In this document: piece by piece, positions 39,533 to 51,974 of the stretch | How the letters are laid out: every line of letters starts with the position of its first letter | Position numbering within the stretch: the first letter of the stretch is position 1 | Assembly: GCF_028641065.1 (NCBI RefSeq) | Contig: NC_073387.1 | Span: forward strand, 13,826,001 to 13,890,000 | DNA length: 64,000 nt | DNA from: Leucoraja erinacea | Lineage: Eukaryota | Direction of reading: 5' to 3' | Made by a program: the position numbers and the translations under genes | The notes under the pieces: model-generated | Told to the model about the DNA's origin: nothing | What the model saw: only the letters and a program-made list of their open reading frames with translations | Database searches by the model: none

Positions 39533-39840
39533 AAGCCCTGTACCACTGTACGAGCTAATTCAAGAGTTCTCCCGAGTTTGCCCTGATTCGAACTCGGAGA
39601 TTTTACGGTAATGGCCGCTTGTAGACTCTCTTGGACATTCTTCAACATGTTGAAAAATCTTCACGAGTCTTCCCGAGCTTACCGCGTTTCCCGAGTACCT
39701 GCCGTTAGCGTTACGAGCCACTAAGAGACGTCCCCGAGCTCCGACGTACCCGCTACGTACATTCTACGTGCTTCCACAAGTTTGATTTTTTTTTAACTCT
39801 GGAGAGGTCTTGAATGAACTGGTACAGTGGGGCAGCGCTT
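39533..39840. mobile_element. PIF/Harbinger-like MITE, second copy, in FGF intron 2
   Basis: Colinear with 34548-34854 (cactgtacgagctaattcaagagttctcc...) with 3-bp TSD TTA. Confidence 0.8.
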
Positions 39841-41160
39841 TTAATCAGATTCTCCAGCAGCTTTCAAAAGACAATTGAAGATACTTTTAAAGGGGATTAA
39901 TTTACAGGTTTACAGTGGCTTCTCCAGTTGAGTCTCTATCTCATAGCTCCAGTGATCTGATCTCTAGGACTGAATGTGTGGAGTTTGCAGGATCTCGCTG
40001 TGGGTCACCCTGGATAAACTTCTCTTTGATGATTGGAACTAATGTGTAGGTAGGTGGTAGAATCTGGGGGAGCTGAGGGGAATGTTAAGAGAGTTAAAAA
40101 TGGGATTTGTATATGATGGTGCTCCATGGACAGTGTGGACTTGTTGGGCTGAAGAGCCTGTTAGAACTTAAAATAATACAGCACTGGAAGAGGCCCTTCA
40201 GCCCACAATGTTTATGCCATACCTGGTGCCTAGTTAAACTGATCTACCTGCCTGTACATGATCCATATCCCTCCATTCCCAGTACTTCCACGTGCCTATC
40301 TAAATGCCTCTAAAACGCCATTATCGTATCTGCCTTCACAACCACTACTCTCTGTAAAAACTTGCCCGCACATCTCCATTTAACTTTCCCCCTCTCACCT
40401 TCTCCCTCTAGTGTTGGACATTTCCACCCTGGGAAAATGATTTTATGTTCTAAGTTTCCCAACTTCTATACTCAATACCCTGACTGATGAAGGCCAATTT
40501 CCCAAAAGCTTTCTTGACCACCCTATCTCCATGTGCTGTGCTGTGCGGTGCTGTGTGATTCTCTGACTCTTTAGGGGGAAATTGCTGGAGCATGAAATGG
40601 TTTGAGAGCTGACGTGGAGTTAATGGGTTAAATAACCATTTTCTGTTCTGTGAGATCGTGCCATTCTTGCAGTATCATAATTATCTGTGGTAGATTGAGA
40701 AGATGTTCAGCAGGTTAATGCTTTGTGCATGGACTTTTCTTTAAAATAAACAACAAGAGAGATTTAATCACCAAAGACCAGCAGGAGACATGTACAAAAC
40801 ATTCAACTCTTCCCAACATATTCAGCTCCAATATTAACAACGGAAGTACAGACAAAACTCTATTCTTCGAACCCTAGCCCCTCATTATTGCCTTCCCAGC
40901 TAAGGGGGAAAGTGGGTCCCTTTTATTAACTGTATCTATGCCCTCTATTTTTAATCGACAAAAACAGAAATAAATCTCCCCTCAGTGTCCTCTATTCCAA
41001 AGAAAGCAAGCCGAGCGATACATAATTTTCTTCACAAATACTTCCTGGATTTTATTCCAGATCACATCTGATGATTCCTAAGAGTCATCAATTTGAAAGG
41101 GAAGGGTTGTAAGAAAAGACCCCCTAGCCCAGTGGCTAATATTCTCTGCACCAGGATCGT

Positions 41161-41470
41161 GCGGCACGGTAGTGCAGCGGTAGAGTTGCAGCCTTATAGC
41201 ACCAGCGACCCGGGTGCGATACTGACTACGGGTGCTGTCTGTACAGAGTATGTACGTTCACCCCCTGACCTTATGGGTTTTCCCCGGGTGCTCCAGATTC
41301 CTTCCACACTCCAATGACGTACAGGTTGGTAGGTTAATTAGTTTTGGTAAAAATTGTAAATTGTCCCTAGTGTGTAGGATAGTGCTAGCGTGCAGGAATC
41401 GCTGGTCGGTGCGGACTTGGTGGGCCAAAGCACCTGTTTTGGTGCCGTATCTTTAAACTAAATTAAGCTA
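41161..41470 (+). mobile_element. HE1-type V-SINE, near full length (FGF intron 2)
   Basis: gcggcacggtagtgcagcggtagag...tgtccctagtgtgtaggatag...ctaaattaag. Confidence 0.85.
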
Positions 41471-41679
41471 ATCAGGAGCTCAGGATTTCATGCCTCACTC
41501 TGCGACCTTGAACTAAAAATCTAAGTTCAGTTTAAGAGTAAATTAAATGTCTTACTCAAAGTCGTATTATTGCCGGGTTAACGTCCTCGTACAGATTATA
41601 TTGGCTGCTTTCTAAGCTGTACCCATTCCTGACTGCTCCGACTTGTTTTTACCTCTGCTTGTGCTTCTAATGCAGACAG

Positions 41680-41985
41680 AGCACTGCCCTGTCAGAGGTA
41701 CTGATCGTCAGAGGAAGTATTAAAGTTTCATCTGCTGACATAAATGATCTCCTGCCGCTTTTTTAACAAGAAGTTGGGGAGCTTACTCAGTTATCCTGGC
41801 CCATATCACTGGCTCGGCCTACTGCACCAAAGAGCCATTTGTCCATTTACTTCACTGTTGTTTCTGAGACTGTGCACTTAGCAAACAGCCCACCATGCCT
41901 TTTGCATTAAAGCAGTGACTAGACTTTAAAAAGAACTATTAAGCACCTTGACTACCTGAGATTTGGAAATGTAATTCTTCCTTTG
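41680..41985 (+). mobile_element. Ancient DeuSINE (SacSINE/AmnSINE-like) relic; further relics at ~47030-47300 (+), ~57075-57525 (-) and ~60880-61312 (-)
   Basis: Degenerate Deu-domain and tail motifs (tcctggcc.atat, cagtgacta.acttt.aaaag; cagccaatttgcac on the - strand copies), recognised by eye. Confidence 0.5.
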
Positions 41986-42546
41986 TATTTTCTATTTTAG
42001 CAGAGTAGTAGTAGAGCCATGTCCTGTGCTCTAAAAGGATTCTTTGATCACAAAGAGCTCTGTATAATAACTCGTGTATCCATAACAACTTCCTTCCCAC
42101 TCCCCCTCCTCTTCTGCCTTCCTTCCTTGCTACTCTTTCTCATGCTCTTTCCTGTCGAACCATAAATCACATCCCACAGCTTGAAGAGATAAGTATAGGG
42201 GAAGTAGCATCTTAGTAAATTACTGTTATAAGACAAAGGAAACAACACTCACCTGCACACACTGAGCTCAGGACAGCTTCTCTTCCCCGAAGCAAAATAA
42301 ACTGGAAAAGCAACTGCGAGAAAAGGTATTCTTCAAGTTAATGCCATGCAATATCAGGTAATTATTCTGCTTGACAGCAAACAAGCTGACTTTAACAATA
42401 TATATTTTTAAATTGATATCAAAGTTTGTTCTCAGTTGGAGTGTGCTTCTTCATTTTTTATGTTAAAATAAAGGCTTTGACACTAATCCATTCACCAAAA
42501 TGTTCTTCTTGAGAGAATGAACTATTAAAGTTCCTGAAGAACTGGA

Positions 42547-43025
42547 AAAGGTGCAGAGAGGATTTACGAGGATGTTGCCAGAACCTGAGGGCCTGTGCCA
42601 TAGGGAGAGGTTGAGCAGGCTAGGACTCTATTCCTTGGGGCACAGAAGGATGAGGGCTGATCTATTAGAGGCTTACAAAATTATTTGAGGTAGACGCACA
42701 GAATTTCTTGCCCAGAGTAGGAGAATCGAGAACCAGAGGACATACATTTATGATGAGGGGGATTAAGATATTTAATACAAACCTGAGAGGTAACGTTTTC
42801 ACACAAAGGCTGGTGTGTATATGGAACAAGCTGCCGAAGGAGGTAGTTGAGGCAGGTACTATTGCAACGTTTAAGAAACGATTAGACAGATACATGGATA
42901 AGACAGGTTTAAAGGGGTATGGGCCAAATGCAGGCAGGTGAGACTTGTGTAGATGGGACATGTTGGTTAGCCTGGGCATGTTGGCCGGAAGGGCCTGTTT
43001 ACGTGCTGTATCATTCTTTGATTCT
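42547..43025 (+). mobile_element. CR1 LINE 3' fragment (FGF intron 2)
   Basis: PRVGESRTRGH...FTQRLVCIWNKLP. Confidence 0.85.
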
Positions 43026-43191
43026 TTAACTCACCACCCTTGATATTCCATTGAAGGTACAAATGAGCCCAGTTGCCACAGGAGATCATAGAATCTCATG
43101 CTATTTTTGGGTGGCACTCACTTCATAAGCTCGTAAGTTCACAAGGAAGAGGAGCAGAATTAGGCCATTCGGCCCATCGAGTCTACTCCAT

Positions 43192-44561
43192 GGGGTATCA
43201 CAAGGCTCAATGCTGGGACCGCAGCTATTTACAATATACATCAATGATTTAGATGAAGGGATTCAAAGTAACATCAGGAAATTTGCAGATGACACAAAGC
43301 TGGGTGGCAGTGTGAACTGCGAGGAGGATGCTATGAGAATGCAGGGTGACTTGGACAGGTAAGGTGAGTGGAAAGATGCATGGCAGATGCAGTTTAATGT
43401 GGATAAATGTGAGGTTATCCACTTTGGAAGCAAAAACAGGAAGGCAGGTTATTATCTAAATGGTGTCAAGTTGGGGAAGTACAACGGGATCTGGGGATCT
43501 TTGTTCATCATTCAATGAAAGTACAGGTATAACAGGCAGTGAAGAAAGCGAATGGCATGTTGGCCTTCATAACAAGAGGAGTTGAGTATAACAGCAAAGA
43601 GGTCATTCTGCAGTTGTACAGGGCCCTAGTGAGACCACACCTGGAGTATTGTGTGCAGTTTTGGTCCCCTAGTTTGAGGAAGGACATTCTTGCTATTGAG
43701 GGAGTGCAGCATAGGTTCACGAGGTTAATTACCGGGATGGCAGGACTGTCCTATGCTGAGAGAATGGAGCGGTTGGGCTTGTATACTCTGGAATTTAGAA
43801 GGATGAGAGGGAATTCTTATTGAAACATATTAACGATTTGGACACGCTAGAGGCAGGAAACATGATGAGGTACAGGAGCATTAGCTGCAAAACCAGCAGG
43901 ATGCTCCTCAGCTTCTTCCCGCAGGCTATAAGACTGATAAACGGACTTTGCCCCCTGCCAAAGTATCGCGCACCAACCACCAACCTGGACACACTGCAGC
44001 AGAGCCACTGTCGTGCCGCTGCCGATCGGAACGCCTGTTGATGTTTAGTAGAGAGTAGAGTGTTTAATTTGTTCATGATATATGTATTTTTATTTCTATT
44101 TATTTTTTACTGCACAGTGAATGGACACTGGTTGAGCAACGTTTTTTTTGTTTCCTCTGGGTATGCGAGTACTCAGGAAAATGACAATAAAGATATACTA
44201 CTACTACTACTACTACTACTACTACATGTTCCCGATGTTGGGGGAGTCCAGAACTAGAGGCCACAGTTTAAGAATAAGGGGTAAGCCATTTAGAACGGAG
44301 ATGAAGAAACACTTTTTCACACAAAGAGTTGTGAGTCTGTGGAATTCTCTGCCTCAGAGGGCGGTGGAGACCGGTTCTCTGGATACTTTCAAGAGAGAGC
44401 TAGATAGGGTTCTTAAAGATAGCGGAATCAGGGGATATGGGGAGAAGGCAGCAACGGGGTACTGATTGGGGATGATCAGCCATGATCACATTGAATGGTG
44501 GTGCTGGCTCGAAGGGCCGAATGGCCTACTCCTGCACCTATTGTCTATTGTCTATTGCCTA
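43192..44561 (+). mobile_element. CR1 LINE with RT core, interrupted by the Rex1 fragment
   Basis: QGSMLGPQLFTIYINDLDEGIQSNIRKFADDTKLGG and VRPHLEYCVQFWSP, with a (tattgtc)n tail. It is itself inserted in an opposite-strand CR1 tail. Confidence 0.9.
43865..44223 (+). mobile_element. Rex1/Babar-type LINE 3' end inserted in a CR1
   Basis: RYRSISCKTSRMLLSFFPQAIRLIN C-terminal motif, aataaa plus (cta)n tail, and acatg duplicated on both sides. Confidence 0.75.
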
Positions 44562-45544
44562 TCATTCAATCATGGCTGATCTATCTTTCCCTCTCAACAT
44601 CGTTCTCCTGCTTTCTCCCCATAATCTTTGACACCCTTACTAATCAAGAATCTATCTATCTCTGCTAAAAAAAACACTCAATGACTCGGCCTCCACTGCC
44701 GTTTGTGGCAGGCTATCTTCAGTCAATTTTTCCAGAGACCAGTCTGAAACTGTTCCCAGAAAATTGGGCATCTACTGACTTGTGGTAACAATGTCAATAA
44801 TTGACGAATAGGGCTCAATTGAGGTTGGTTGAGAGATCGGGAATACATTCTTAGCTTATTCGGCCATTCAGCAGTCTTATAAGAACAGCGTAAAGGCTGC
44901 TGCTGAATCTGGTGGTAGGTGCTTTCAAGCTTTGGAACTTACACCTGACAATTTTCCAAAATCTGGAAACAAGCAAAGAAACCTCAAAGAAGGAGTGTGG
45001 GTGGGACAAGGAGAGGAGGAGCAAAAGGGAGGGAGACAGAGAGCAGAGTTTAGGATGAGGTAGCCATATTTTCTCATCCAAGTTTAACACCTCATTAAAA
45101 AGTTACAATTACTAGCAGACGTTTTTAAGTTGGAATTGTAAAAATACCTTCATTACATTGGAATATAATGTAAAATACAATGTTAAAGAAGTTGATCGTT
45201 GTATTATCATAATTTGGACATGAAGTGATTTACAGACTACAAATAATCATGTGATTATTGATTAAATAGTAAATTTATTGCAGTTTTAATCACATGATTA
45301 AACAATAGTAAGATATTATTTTTGAATAATGCAAAAAGCAAATGCCTTGATTTAGGAGTGGAAAATAAGGAACGGACTGATGAGGATGAAATGGAGTGGC
45401 TGTGCTGAGAAATTGAATTAACATTTTTCGGAAATGCACAGTTTCCAAACTATAACATGAAAAGCCTCCCAAAGCATTTTAAGCAAATGTTTCCAATTTT
45501 TAAAACTTCTTTAAAATAGCACGAAGGAGATACACCACTGTTTT

Positions 45545-46445
45545 AATCAACAAAGTGCTGAAGGGACTTGTATGTGTCGGAAGGAACTGAAGATGCTGGT
45601 TTAAACCGAAGACAGGCACAAAAAGCTGGAGTAACTCAGCGGGTCAGATACCATCTCTGGAGAAAAGGAATAGGTGACATTCCGACCCTTCTTCAGACCC
45701 GACCCAACCCTAAACATCAGCTATTCCTTTTCTCCAGAGGTGTTGTCTGACCCACTGAATGACTCCAGCTTTTTAATGTCTATCTTCTGCTGAAGGAACA
45801 GCAGGTCAGGCAACATCTGAGGAGGGATATGGACTGATGACATTTCAGGTCAGGACCCTTATTCAGACTGATGGCATAGAGGGGAGAAAGCTGGTAAAGA
45901 GAGATGAAGGGAAGAGGGAGTTGATGGGTGTGTGCAGTTGAGAAGTGACTGGGCAATGGGTGGAGACTGTAACAGGTGAAATGGAGACAAAAGGGTGCTC
46001 GATGAAGGATGACTGAAATGTAATGCCGGAGAGAGGGACACTGGGTAGAAGTAGATACGGGGACAAAGTGGAAGGAGAGAGGGGATTAAAAGAAATATAG
46101 GGAATGTGGAATAGGGCGGGGAGACGTCAGCAGAAGGAGGCGGGGAATGGAACAGAGTAGAAACATAGAAACATAGAAAATGGGTGCAGGAGTAGGCCAT
46201 TTGCCCCCTCGAGCCAGAACCGCTATTCAATATGATCATGGCTGATCATCCAAACCCCGTTCCCGTTTTCCCCCGTGACGGGATAGTGGGAGTAAGTTTT
46301 GTGCATGGGGAGGGGTGGGGAGAAAATGGATGCGAAAAGGGGGTGGGGGGAAGGGTGTGATGACCTGAAATTGGAGAATTCAACGTTCCTGCCGTTGAGG
46401 CTATGTAGTCTGGCGAAGCAAAAGATGAGGTACTGCTCTTTCAAA
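45545..46445 (-). mobile_element. Penelope-like 3' fragment with nested CR1 tail and nested fold-back element
   Basis: ORF KEQYLIFCFARLHSLNGRNVEFSNF resembles the PLE endonuclease C-terminus (EQHLIFRLG.LQP.G.N.EFSNF). Terminal repeat at ~45800-45870, CR1 tail at ~46160-46275, nested palindrome at ~45570-45787 flanked by tgctgaagg. Confidence 0.7.
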
Positions 46446-48406
46446 TGTTCTTCTGCGCATTGTTTAAATGCTGAGCGATTTACATCTGGGAAGTTTCTCT
46501 TTGTTTATACTCTATATGCAGCACTGAGGCATGTCAGGGCTGGTGAAATAGATTGTTTCCCTGTGTGACCATAAGCATTGCCAGAGATTATTTTTGCTGG
46601 ATAAAGATGACATATTGACATGTTACAGAGACGGGACAGGTAGTTGGAATTAAAGTGCAATTTGACCCTGATTTCTGTGTAAAGAGGAACAGACGAAAGG
46701 GACTGAATGGAGTATACTAGTGGCGAACAGAGCAATGCAGTTTGAAGACGCACTGTTCTGCCCCAGCAATGTAATTAATCCTGTGTTCATATATTCTTAA
46801 TGATTGCATTAATCAACACATGAAATTCCATAATCAGTAGCCAAAATAGATGAGCTAGCTCTTGCATTAATTATATAAGACACTGGGCAGTTTTCTCTTA
46901 CTCATATCACGCAGTGGAATTAGTACATTATGAAGATCAGCTTTAATCAGTGAATAATATTCTTGTCTCCATATCATAAGGTTGTGGACTCCAAAATGGC
47001 ATTTCCTGAGGAAGTTATATTATCAGTGATCTCGGCCATCAGATGAAACCTTAGACCAAGGATTTGTTTGCCTATTCATAAAGATGAAAAAGACCTCTTG
47101 GGACCAGTCGAAGGACTTTTCTCTGAAGCCACGGCCAATATTCTTCCTCCCCTTGCATTAACTAGTTGTACGCCACACTCCCTGTTTATTGGGCCTTGCA
47201 TTGTGCGAATTGCCTGCCAAAATGGTCCATTGGGGATGCGCTTCAGAAGAAGTAAATCACTTGCAATGAAACGCATTGGAAGGTCTTGTGATCATGAGGA
47301 GACGAGATGTTATTGCTAAAACCCAAGGTCCCAAGAGCAATCACTCCTACATCAATCTAGTAATCCACTTCCTGCACTAAGTCCTTCACTTATTCCAGGG
47401 CATAGCAATTCCTGGCTGACATTTGATGTTCTCCTTTCCTTGCCTTGAGGGTGCTGATTCACACATTCTGCAGCTGCACGTAGCCTACTTATTATCTCTT
47501 TGCAGTGATTGTTGGCAGGGTCTTTTATGGTGGGTGGGGACAATGCAACCTCACTGTCAGTGGCCTCGGCTAATATTCACGCAGGCTCAGACTCAAACAG
47601 ATGACATTCAGCTGCCGAACCCCTGGGTGGTTCCCTCACCCTTCCTTAGCCAGCAGGCAAACAGCACATCCAACCCCAGTCCTGACAGTCTGCTGGAGAG
47701 GGAGGGAGGGTGGACTCCAGACCGGCTGACCCCGGATGAACCAGAACTGCAACACTGCAGCGGTTCAAGAAGGCAAGCACATCAGGCCCTTTCACAAGGT
47801 CAATTAGGGATGGGCTGGTACTACTGGACTTGCCTGCAACACCCACATCCGCAGAAGAATAAAGGAATCATTGAGGATGGCGATTAACATGAAAGGCTAA
47901 GACATGGCACGTTGCTTTGACTGGGCTCATGTTACCTTAGACATAGAAGATTAAGGAGCAATTTAATTGAGGTGTTGGGATGATTGAAGGAATTGTTGAT
48001 GTAGATAGAGGGAATCTTTTAACTTTAGTGCAGGGGGGTGCAGTACAAGAGCCATAAAATTAGGCCCAGGCCGCAAGCATGTTCTCCTTCACTGAAAGGG
48101 TGGTGGAGATCTGAATTCACTGCCCACATCAATAGAGAATTTAAACCCAAAATTAAATGAGTTTTATTACAGTAGGATACAAAGAGAAATGGCAGCATCT
48201 CTGGAGAAAAGGGATAGGTAACGTTTTAGGTTGGGAGCCTTAAATCTGAAGATTGAGTACAGACTTTTCCTTTTGCTCCAGATTCCAGCATCTGCAGTCT
48301 CTTGTGTCTCAAGCTGGGAACCTCCTTCTCCAAGACTTTGCCTATAAGCCACCAGGGGGAGTGTGTTTCATTTCAATTGTTTTTATTCCTTCTATTTTAT
48401 ACACAG

Positions 48407-48601
48407 CCATCTCCAACTGAAGAATGTTTCTTCCTGGAAACCCTGGAGGAGAACAATTATAATACCTACAAGTCCAAAGAGTACGTGGAAAGGAACTGGT
48501 ACGTTGCCTTTCGGAAGAATGGGAATGCCAAGCCTGGACCTAAAACGGGGCCTAGACAGAAAGCAATCCTGTTTCTTCCCATGCAAGTGATAAGTGGTTA
48601 A
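48407..48601 (+). CDS. fgf1: FGF1-like, coding exon 3
   Basis: Acceptor tattttatacacag|. Encodes PSPTEECFFLETLEENNYNTYKSKEYVERNWYVAFRKNGNAKPGPKTGPRQKAILFLPMQVISG-stop (TAA). 195 nt; total CDS 468 nt = 155 aa, as for FGF1. Confidence 0.95.
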   Translation, partial: PSPTEECFFLETLEENNYNTYKSKEYVERNWYVAFRKNGNAKPGPKTGPRQKAILFLPMQVISG

Positions 48602-48702
48602 AAGTAAAACACGACACAGAGCCGTTTCTGAAAGGACTGGAGTAGGAGCCTGATTGGATTAGGTAATCATTGGTCAACGTCTTCAGAGTGATCACCACTG
48701 GC

Positions 48703-48708
48703 AATAAA
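48703..48708 (+). terminator. Candidate proximal polyadenylation signal of the FGF gene
   Basis: First AATAAA about 100 nt after the stop codon. A longer AU-rich 3'UTR extending to about 50000 is also plausible. Confidence 0.3.
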
Positions 48709-49278
48709 ATGGGATCTGAAGAATATTTACCCCCTAATTTCTGCCCATGTTTTATTCCTGATAACACTGACTTTCCCTAGAACCATGGAGGTTGTAGGGT
48801 CAGCATGCACCTTCTGACTTGTCCACCCCAGAGTGTGAGCCTTGGTAGTGATCAGCATTCAAAGGCTCCAGCCTCAAACCAATCTTGGGCCAACTGGGTA
48901 ATGCTTAACACAGGCATTTAACAGCAGCTCCATGGAGACTGGAATCGTGGATGCAAGTTTGGGATCACTACTTTTTTACACTCACGCCAGACCATAGAAG
49001 GATTATTTGGATCTTTCCCAACTAAGCCTGGCAGACCAGAGCAGAAACCAGGCACCTCCAACATTATGCATCTTATTAACAAATCAAGTGCATATCTTCT
49101 CAACTACGGAATGATGTGGAATGGGGGACGTTGCCACTACAGACTGATGTTGAGGGACTGGGCAGTAACAAAGACATTCCATAACTGACATTTAAGGACA
49201 AATTCTCTGAGTTTTCAGCTGTAGTGAAGTAACTGACCTTGTTATAAGATTGCTTACACTCACAGTAATTAATTTGTA

Positions 49279-49464
49279 GAGAGAGACACAAAAAACTGGA
49301 GTAACTCAGCGGGACAAGCAGCATTTCTGGGGAGAAGACTTTGAGTTTGATAAAGGGTCTCAACCCGAAACGTCACCAATTCCTTCTCTCAAGAGCTGCT
49401 GCTGTGTTACTCCAGCTTTTTGTGTCTATCTTCGGTTTAAATCAGCATCTGTTCCTTCCTACAC
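49279..49464. mobile_element. Fold-back Penelope-derived element downstream of the FGF stop codon
   Basis: 12-bp TSD aattaatttgta. The core is mutated (TTGATAA in place of CTGAAGA). Confidence 0.75.
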
Positions 49465-51974
49465 AATTAATTTGTAAATCCAGGTAACTTCAGAACAATT
49501 CCTGGGATGTTGTATTATGGATTTGAAGAACACAGGCTGACTTTAAACACCGTTATCTGTATGTTAAATAAGTACTGTACTGTTCCTAGATCTTCAATCA
49601 TTACAGGCATGTGAGCTTACTTTAAGGATTCAGATTTAAAAAACTCACCTCGTATATGAATTTTAAAATATTGCTCATCAGTCATTTTATTTCAGAAATC
49701 ATGTACTTTAAACAGCCAATCTGAAAAATGACAGATTAATGCCACAAATTCTGCTCGCTATATTCTCTGTATCTTGTAAACATGCATTTATTCATTAATA
49801 TTTGGATGAAGTCATTAAAGAAACAGTGTAAATCCAAATGTAGTGTTTTCCTTTATATATTCATGTACCATATTATAAAATGATTTATGATAACAGTGTC
49901 ACTTTACTGTGAAGACAGTGTCATGAGAGATTATGTAACAGTCCTGTATTTTCTGTTTATTAGCAACGCGGAAATCAATTTATATTATTCAAAGTAGCAT
50001 CTGTGGAGAAAGAGCATAAAATATAGAAAGGTACAGCACAGAAATAGGCCTTTGCCCACAATGTCTGTGCTGAACGTGATGCAAGGTGACCTAATCCCAT
50101 TTGCCTGAACAAGATCCATATCCCTCCAACCCCGTCATAGCAACGTGCCTATCTAAAAACTTCTTAAAAACCACTATGGTATATGCCTCCACCACCACCC
50201 CTTGCAGCACATCACAGGCACCTTCCCCTAATTGTGTAAACAAAAATTGCTGCATGCATCTCCTTTAAACTTTGCCTTTGTCACTTTAAAGAATTAGGTG
50301 AATTTAATAATTTAACCATTTAGGTTAATAATCCTGCATCACGCGGAAACTAATTTTCAAATTATTAAGCAAGATTATTGACCTGTAATGTTAGGTGTGT
50401 TTATCTCTCCACAGATGCTGACTGCTCTCCTGGGTATTTCCAGCACTTTGTGTTTTTATTTTACTTGAGTTATAACCAGTGACCTGCTTCCACCATGCCC
50501 TGTGGTTAACTGCGCAACATTTACTTCTCCCACAGCACATGTGATTCCAGTGCCCAAACTGGGAAAACTGAGAATGAACCGGAGCATAGCTTGGGGCAAA
50601 GGGTAGAAACAAGGAACTGCAGATGCTGGTTTTACAAAAATTCACAAAGTGCTGGAGGAACTCAGCAAGTCAGGCAATATTTCTGAAGAACATGAATAGG
50701 TGACGGTTTGGGTCACTACCTTTCTTCAAACTCAAAACATTTTGTTTTTCTCTGTTTCTCTTTCTATTCCCATTATTATTCTTTTACTTTCTGTCTCTTT
50801 GTCAGAGTCAAAAAATGGTTGCTTGATGCCCAATCCTTGGGAGTGGAATGTAAACTCCAAACTGACATTTCAGTGCGATATAGGTTCATAAGACATAGCA
50901 GCAGAATTGGGTCATTCGGCCCATCAAGTCTGCTCCACCATTCTATCATAGCCAATCTATTTTTCCCTCTCAACCCCATTCTCCTGCCTTCTCATCAGAA
51001 CCTTTGGTGCCCTTACTAGTCAAGAATTTATCAATGTCTGCTTTAAAAATACCCAATGACGGCCCCACCACCATCTGTGGCAATGAATTCCATAGATTTA
51101 CCAACCTCTGACTACAGAAATTCATTTTCATCATTCGAAAGGTACGTTCTTTTACTCCGAGGCTCTGGCCTTTGGTCCAAGACTCTCCCACAATGAGGGA
51201 ACAATCTGAAATGTTGTCTTTCAATTATGGCTAAAATTGCAATGCTTTCTCCTGCACTCGCCCTCAAACAAATGAAGTGCCATTTACTTAGATTAAAACT
51301 GGCATGCTGCTGGCTCCTCACCACAATATAATAATCTGACCCCCACCCATCTCTACAAAAGAAAAAATCAGGTAATTTAATTTTTTTTAACCAAGAAAAA
51401 AAAAATCTTGAAAATGTATGTTTTAATAAAATCGTGTTGTTCTAATCAGAAGTTGCAAGGGGACCTGCTGATGGAAAATAAAATTCTCATAACGAACTTG
51501 TTACACATCCCATGATGATCAATGGTTTATTTTTATAAACCATCCCGCCTCCGTGCATCTTCTTTCTCCTTACGCATCTTTTGCCGCTTAAAATCAGTCA
51601 CAAAATAGTCATTTTCCGATGACCTATTAACAAATAAAAAATCAGTAGAAACGAGGAACTGCAGATGCTGGTTAACACCCAAAAGGACACAAAGAGCTGG
51701 AGTAACTCAACTGGTCAGACAGCATCTCTGGAGAACAGGGATAGGTGCCTTTATTGTGTCAAGACCTGAAATTCGTGTTCTCCAGAGATGCTGCCTGACT
51801 AAACAAAAAAAATGCTCCAGTTGTGGTGAGATCTCTGATCATTATGCAATGTTAGCTCTAACCTCTATTCAAAATGGGCACTGCTATTTGTAATCACTTA
51901 CATTTGTTTTTCATGTTTGGTACATGGCAGTTTGTGATCATGAAAGCTACCCCACGTAGGTAGTTTTTGAAGGC

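Noticed and set aside
43192-44561. Functional reverse transcriptase gene
   Set aside because: A 5'-truncated CR1 with stops, frameshifts and a Rex1 insertion. All CR1, RTE and PLE ORFs in the window are fragmentary.
34069-48601. Calling the gene FGF2
   Set aside because: Exon sizes, the acceptor just upstream of the ATG and the SKEYVERNW loop are FGF1-type, and I saw no antisense NUDT6-like exons downstream.
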